Origin: Bdellovibrionales bacterium
GTDB taxonomy: Bacteria > Bdellovibrionota > FAC87 > UBA2466
Direction of reading: 5' to 3'
Assembly (NCBI GenBank): GCA_009692515.1
Contig: SHZA01000005.1
Span: forward strand, 2,517-66,516
Length of the DNA stretch: 64,000 bases
Positions 61,816 through 64,000 of this stretch are shown in pieces. Each line of letters starts with the position of its first letter. Within the stretch, counting starts at the first letter, position 1. Made by a program: the position numbers and the translations under genes. The notes below the pieces were generated by a model. That model was not told where the DNA came from. It worked only from the letters and a program-made list of their open reading frames with translations, and did not search any database.

Positions 61816-62427
61816 ATGATTACACGCATGAACCAAACAATCATGACTCTCTGCATTTTGTTGGCTTCGACAATTTCGGTGCGAAGTGAAGCCCATTTTC
61901 TCGAGGTGTTTGCCAAGGCCTCAGCCTCAAAAAACTTTATCGATAAGGACAGCTATTCGATAAGTGTTTCTGGTGCAACTGGCTTAGCTATTTTACTGAT
62001 TCCACAAATAAGAATTGAGGGACGTTATACCGTAGTGAGTAGTTTGCAAAATCAACTCAATGTCGGCAGTCCTTCAGTGATCGCAACTCTGAATGATATT
62101 AAAACAGAAACTAATATTTATAGTGTGGGTCTAGACATCGATCTTTTAAGTGATAAATATGCCATTCAACCTTTTGTATTTTTGGGAGCGGGTTATGTGG
62201 AATCACTTCGGTCCTATTTTGTAACACTCGCCGGAAACAGTTCGGCAACTTTAATTAATGAACCCAAAACAATGGGAATTTCTGCAAATATTGGCGCGGG
62301 AATTAGAATTCGTATTGCTAAATCGGTTGCCTTTGAGGCCGAAGTTTATGGTTACGGGATTGATCCGCAAAAACCGGATCCTTTAATCAACCTGTATGGG
62401 AATGTGGGCATTCGCATTTTCATGTAG
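61816..62427 (+). CDS. small outer membrane beta-barrel protein (OmpW/OmpA-like)
   Basis: The 203-aa ORF has a signal peptide, an amphipathic beta-strand pattern and an aromatic C-terminus. Confidence 0.5.
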   Translation: MITRMNQTIMTLCILLASTISVRSEAHFLEVFAKASASKNFIDKDSYSISVSGATGLAILLIPQIRIEGRYTVVSSLQNQLNVGSPSVIATLNDIKTETNIYSVGLDIDLLSDKYAIQPFVFLGAGYVESLRSYFVTLAGNSSATLINEPKTMGISANIGAGIRIRIAKSVAFEAEVYGYGIDPQKPDPLINLYGNVGIRIFM

Positions 62428-63703
62428 AAGGTTTTTTCCCCCGAAGACCTAAAAACTCTTGAAATTTTTTCTCACCGCCTCGTGCCGTAGGAATATAGAA
62501 TCTTTTTTCTTTTATTTTTTCTGGTAAAAATTGAGCTTGAACCCAGCCCCCTTCATGCTGGTGAGGTGAATCATAACCCTTTCCATAACCCCAGCTTTTC
62601 ATCATTGAAGTAGGGGCGTTTCTAACCGCCATCGGAATTTCTAGGCCGCCAGATTTTTTTACCTCTTCAATAGCTTCATTAATCGCCTGATAACTTCGAT
62701 TGCTTTTTTCAGAGCAAGCCAAGTAGGTAGTGGCCTGTGCCAGTGGAATTCTCGCCTCGGGCATTCCTAAAGCATGAACGGCTTGAAAACAACTGGTGGC
62801 GAGCATTAGCCCCGCAGGATTGGCATTGCCGATATCCTCAGAGGCAAGAATCACAAGTCTTCGCGCAATAAAAACGGGGTCCTCTCCGCCCTCTAGCATT
62901 CTGGCTAAATAATAAACGGCCGCATCGGGGTCACTTCCGCGAACGCTTTTTATGAAAGCAGAAATAGTATCGTAATGGGCCTCCGATTTTTTGTCGTAAT
63001 AAAGAGATTGCGCTTGGGTGACCTCATCAAAATCTTTGATTTCAATTTTTTCAGACGAGGGGGAGGCTAAGCAAACATGATCTAAAAGATTCAAAGCTTT
63101 TCTGGCATCTCCCTGAGCACAGGCCGCAATTCTTTCTAATACCTCTGGAGTGACATTTTCGGGAGCCGATCGCATAAGAACAGAAATAAGCTCCTCAGAT
63201 TGTAGCGCATTAAACTTGTAGATAATGCAACGAGAAGCAATGGCATTATTAATTTCAAAAGAGGGGTTTTCCGTTGTGGCACCAATAAAGCGAATGCTTC
63301 CCTCCTCTAAAAAAGGGAGAAGCACATCCTGTTGAGATTTATTAAGACGATGAACCTCGTCAATAAAAAGAATATAAGCGGGTCTCCCCCCGCGAAAGGC
63401 TAGTCGCGATTTTTCTAAAACCTCCTTAATTTCTTTGACCCCAGAAGTTACCGCAGAGAGTGTCTCAAAATGCCGTTGAGTATTTTTTGCAATCAGGGAG
63501 GCTAAGGTTGTTTTTCCTGTGCCAGGCGGGCCCCAGAAAATAAAACCACACCATTTGTCGGTTAATAATATTTTTTTAAAGCGGTCGTTTAAAAAATGGG
63601 TTTGGCCGACCACCTCAGAAAAATCTTGTGGGCGAGCCCTTAGTGCCAAAGGGGTATCGGCAGAGCCAGTAGAGAAAAGAGAATCTTGAGAATCAAAAGC
63701 CAT
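62420..63703 (-). CDS. rarA: replication-associated recombination protein A (RarA/MgsA AAA+ ATPase)
   Basis: The ORF has Walker A (GPPGTGKTTLA). Its probable start is MAFDSQDSLFS at 63703, although the track ORF extends to 63739. Confidence 0.85.
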   Translation of the reverse strand: MAFDSQDSLFSTGSADTPLALRARPQDFSEVVGQTHFLNDRFKKILLTDKWCGFIFWGPPGTGKTTLASLIAKNTQRHFETLSAVTSGVKEIKEVLEKSRLAFRGGRPAYILFIDEVHRLNKSQQDVLLPFLEEGSIRFIGATTENPSFEINNAIASRCIIYKFNALQSEELISVLMRSAPENVTPEVLERIAACAQGDARKALNLLDHVCLASPSSEKIEIKDFDEVTQAQSLYYDKKSEAHYDTISAFIKSVRGSDPDAAVYYLARMLEGGEDPVFIARRLVILASEDIGNANPAGLMLATSCFQAVHALGMPEARIPLAQATTYLACSEKSNRSYQAINEAIEEVKKSGGLEIPMAVRNAPTSMMKSWGYGKGYDSPHQHEGGWVQAQFLPEKIKEKRFYIPTARGGEKKFQEFLGLRGKKPST

Positions 63704-63790
63704 TCTATGTATATAGACCGCTTTCGTGATTAAAAGCATTGAGATTTTTTGTGGTTTGTTCTTTTGGAGAGATGGCTATAATCAGTGTCT

Positions 63791-64000
63791 ATGAAGGTTG
63801 AAAAACGCAGTGTCCTATCTTGGTATCTTACCAAGTACATGGCCGTGGAGATTTTGGGAAGTTTTCTAATGGGAACTGCCATCTTTCTTCTTATCATGCT
63901 CACATTTCAGGCGATTCGCCTCAGTGAGTTTGTGGTGGTTCATCAAGTGGCAATGAAAGATGTGGGGCGCATCTCATTTTACCTAATGCTGTCCTTTTTG
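63791..64000 (+). CDS. LptF/LptG (YjgP/YjgQ) family permease, 5' partial
   Basis: The ORF begins at ATG 63791 with MKVEKRSVLSWYLTKYMAVEILGSFLMGTAIFLLIML, a typical LptF/G N-terminus, and runs off the window. Confidence 0.55.
   Translation, partial: MKVEKRSVLSWYLTKYMAVEILGSFLMGTAIFLLIMLTFQAIRLSEFVVVHQVAMKDVGRISFYLMLSFL

Overview
This window is an origin-proximal chromosomal segment of a Gram-negative bacterium, about 45% GC. The gene content (many secreted S8 and M23 peptidases, a sigma-54 enhancer-binding protein, bactofilin next to parAB) fits a deltaproteobacterial or Bdellovibrio-like lineage, but that assignment is inference. The left arm is almost entirely on the minus strand: atpF'-atpF-atpH-atpA-atpG, then bactofilin-parB-parA, a tandem pair of parS-like palindromes, and rsmG-mnmG-mnmE-yidC-yidD-rnpA-rpmH. 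The replication origin lies between dnaA and dnaN and carries same-orientation DnaA boxes, a CTA-repeat DnaA-trio-like element and an AT-rich unwinding tract. The coding strand switches exactly there. The right arm is mostly on the plus strand: dnaA-dnaN-gyrB-gyrA with no recF, then a TPR lipoprotein gene that is out of frame at a T9 tract and overlaps both the gyrA stop and the atpZ start, followed by atpZ-atpB-atpE. After that come uvrA, phosphomannomutase, three tandem parvulin-type PPIase genes, SCO1, a glycosyltransferase, a 2Fe-2S ferredoxin, an OMP, a histidine kinase plus a sigma54-dependent response regulator, ftsY, a Na/Pi transporter, a 1051-aa TPR protein and serS. Further on are a secreted HEAT-repeat protein in an operon with an S8 protease, nadK-pmbA-PP2C, an M23 peptidase, transaldolase, a GldA/F/G-like ABC system and tsaB. 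A compact ferredoxin-PP2C-Rieske-PLP enzyme-cyclophilin operon follows. Next is an RRM RNA-binding protein with a roughly 250-aa RGG/YGG glycine-rich tail encoded by near-perfect 39-bp tandem DNA repeats. The window ends with a DUF155-like protein, an OMP, rarA and the start of an lptF/G-like permease. I found no rRNA, tRNA, CRISPR array or transposase.
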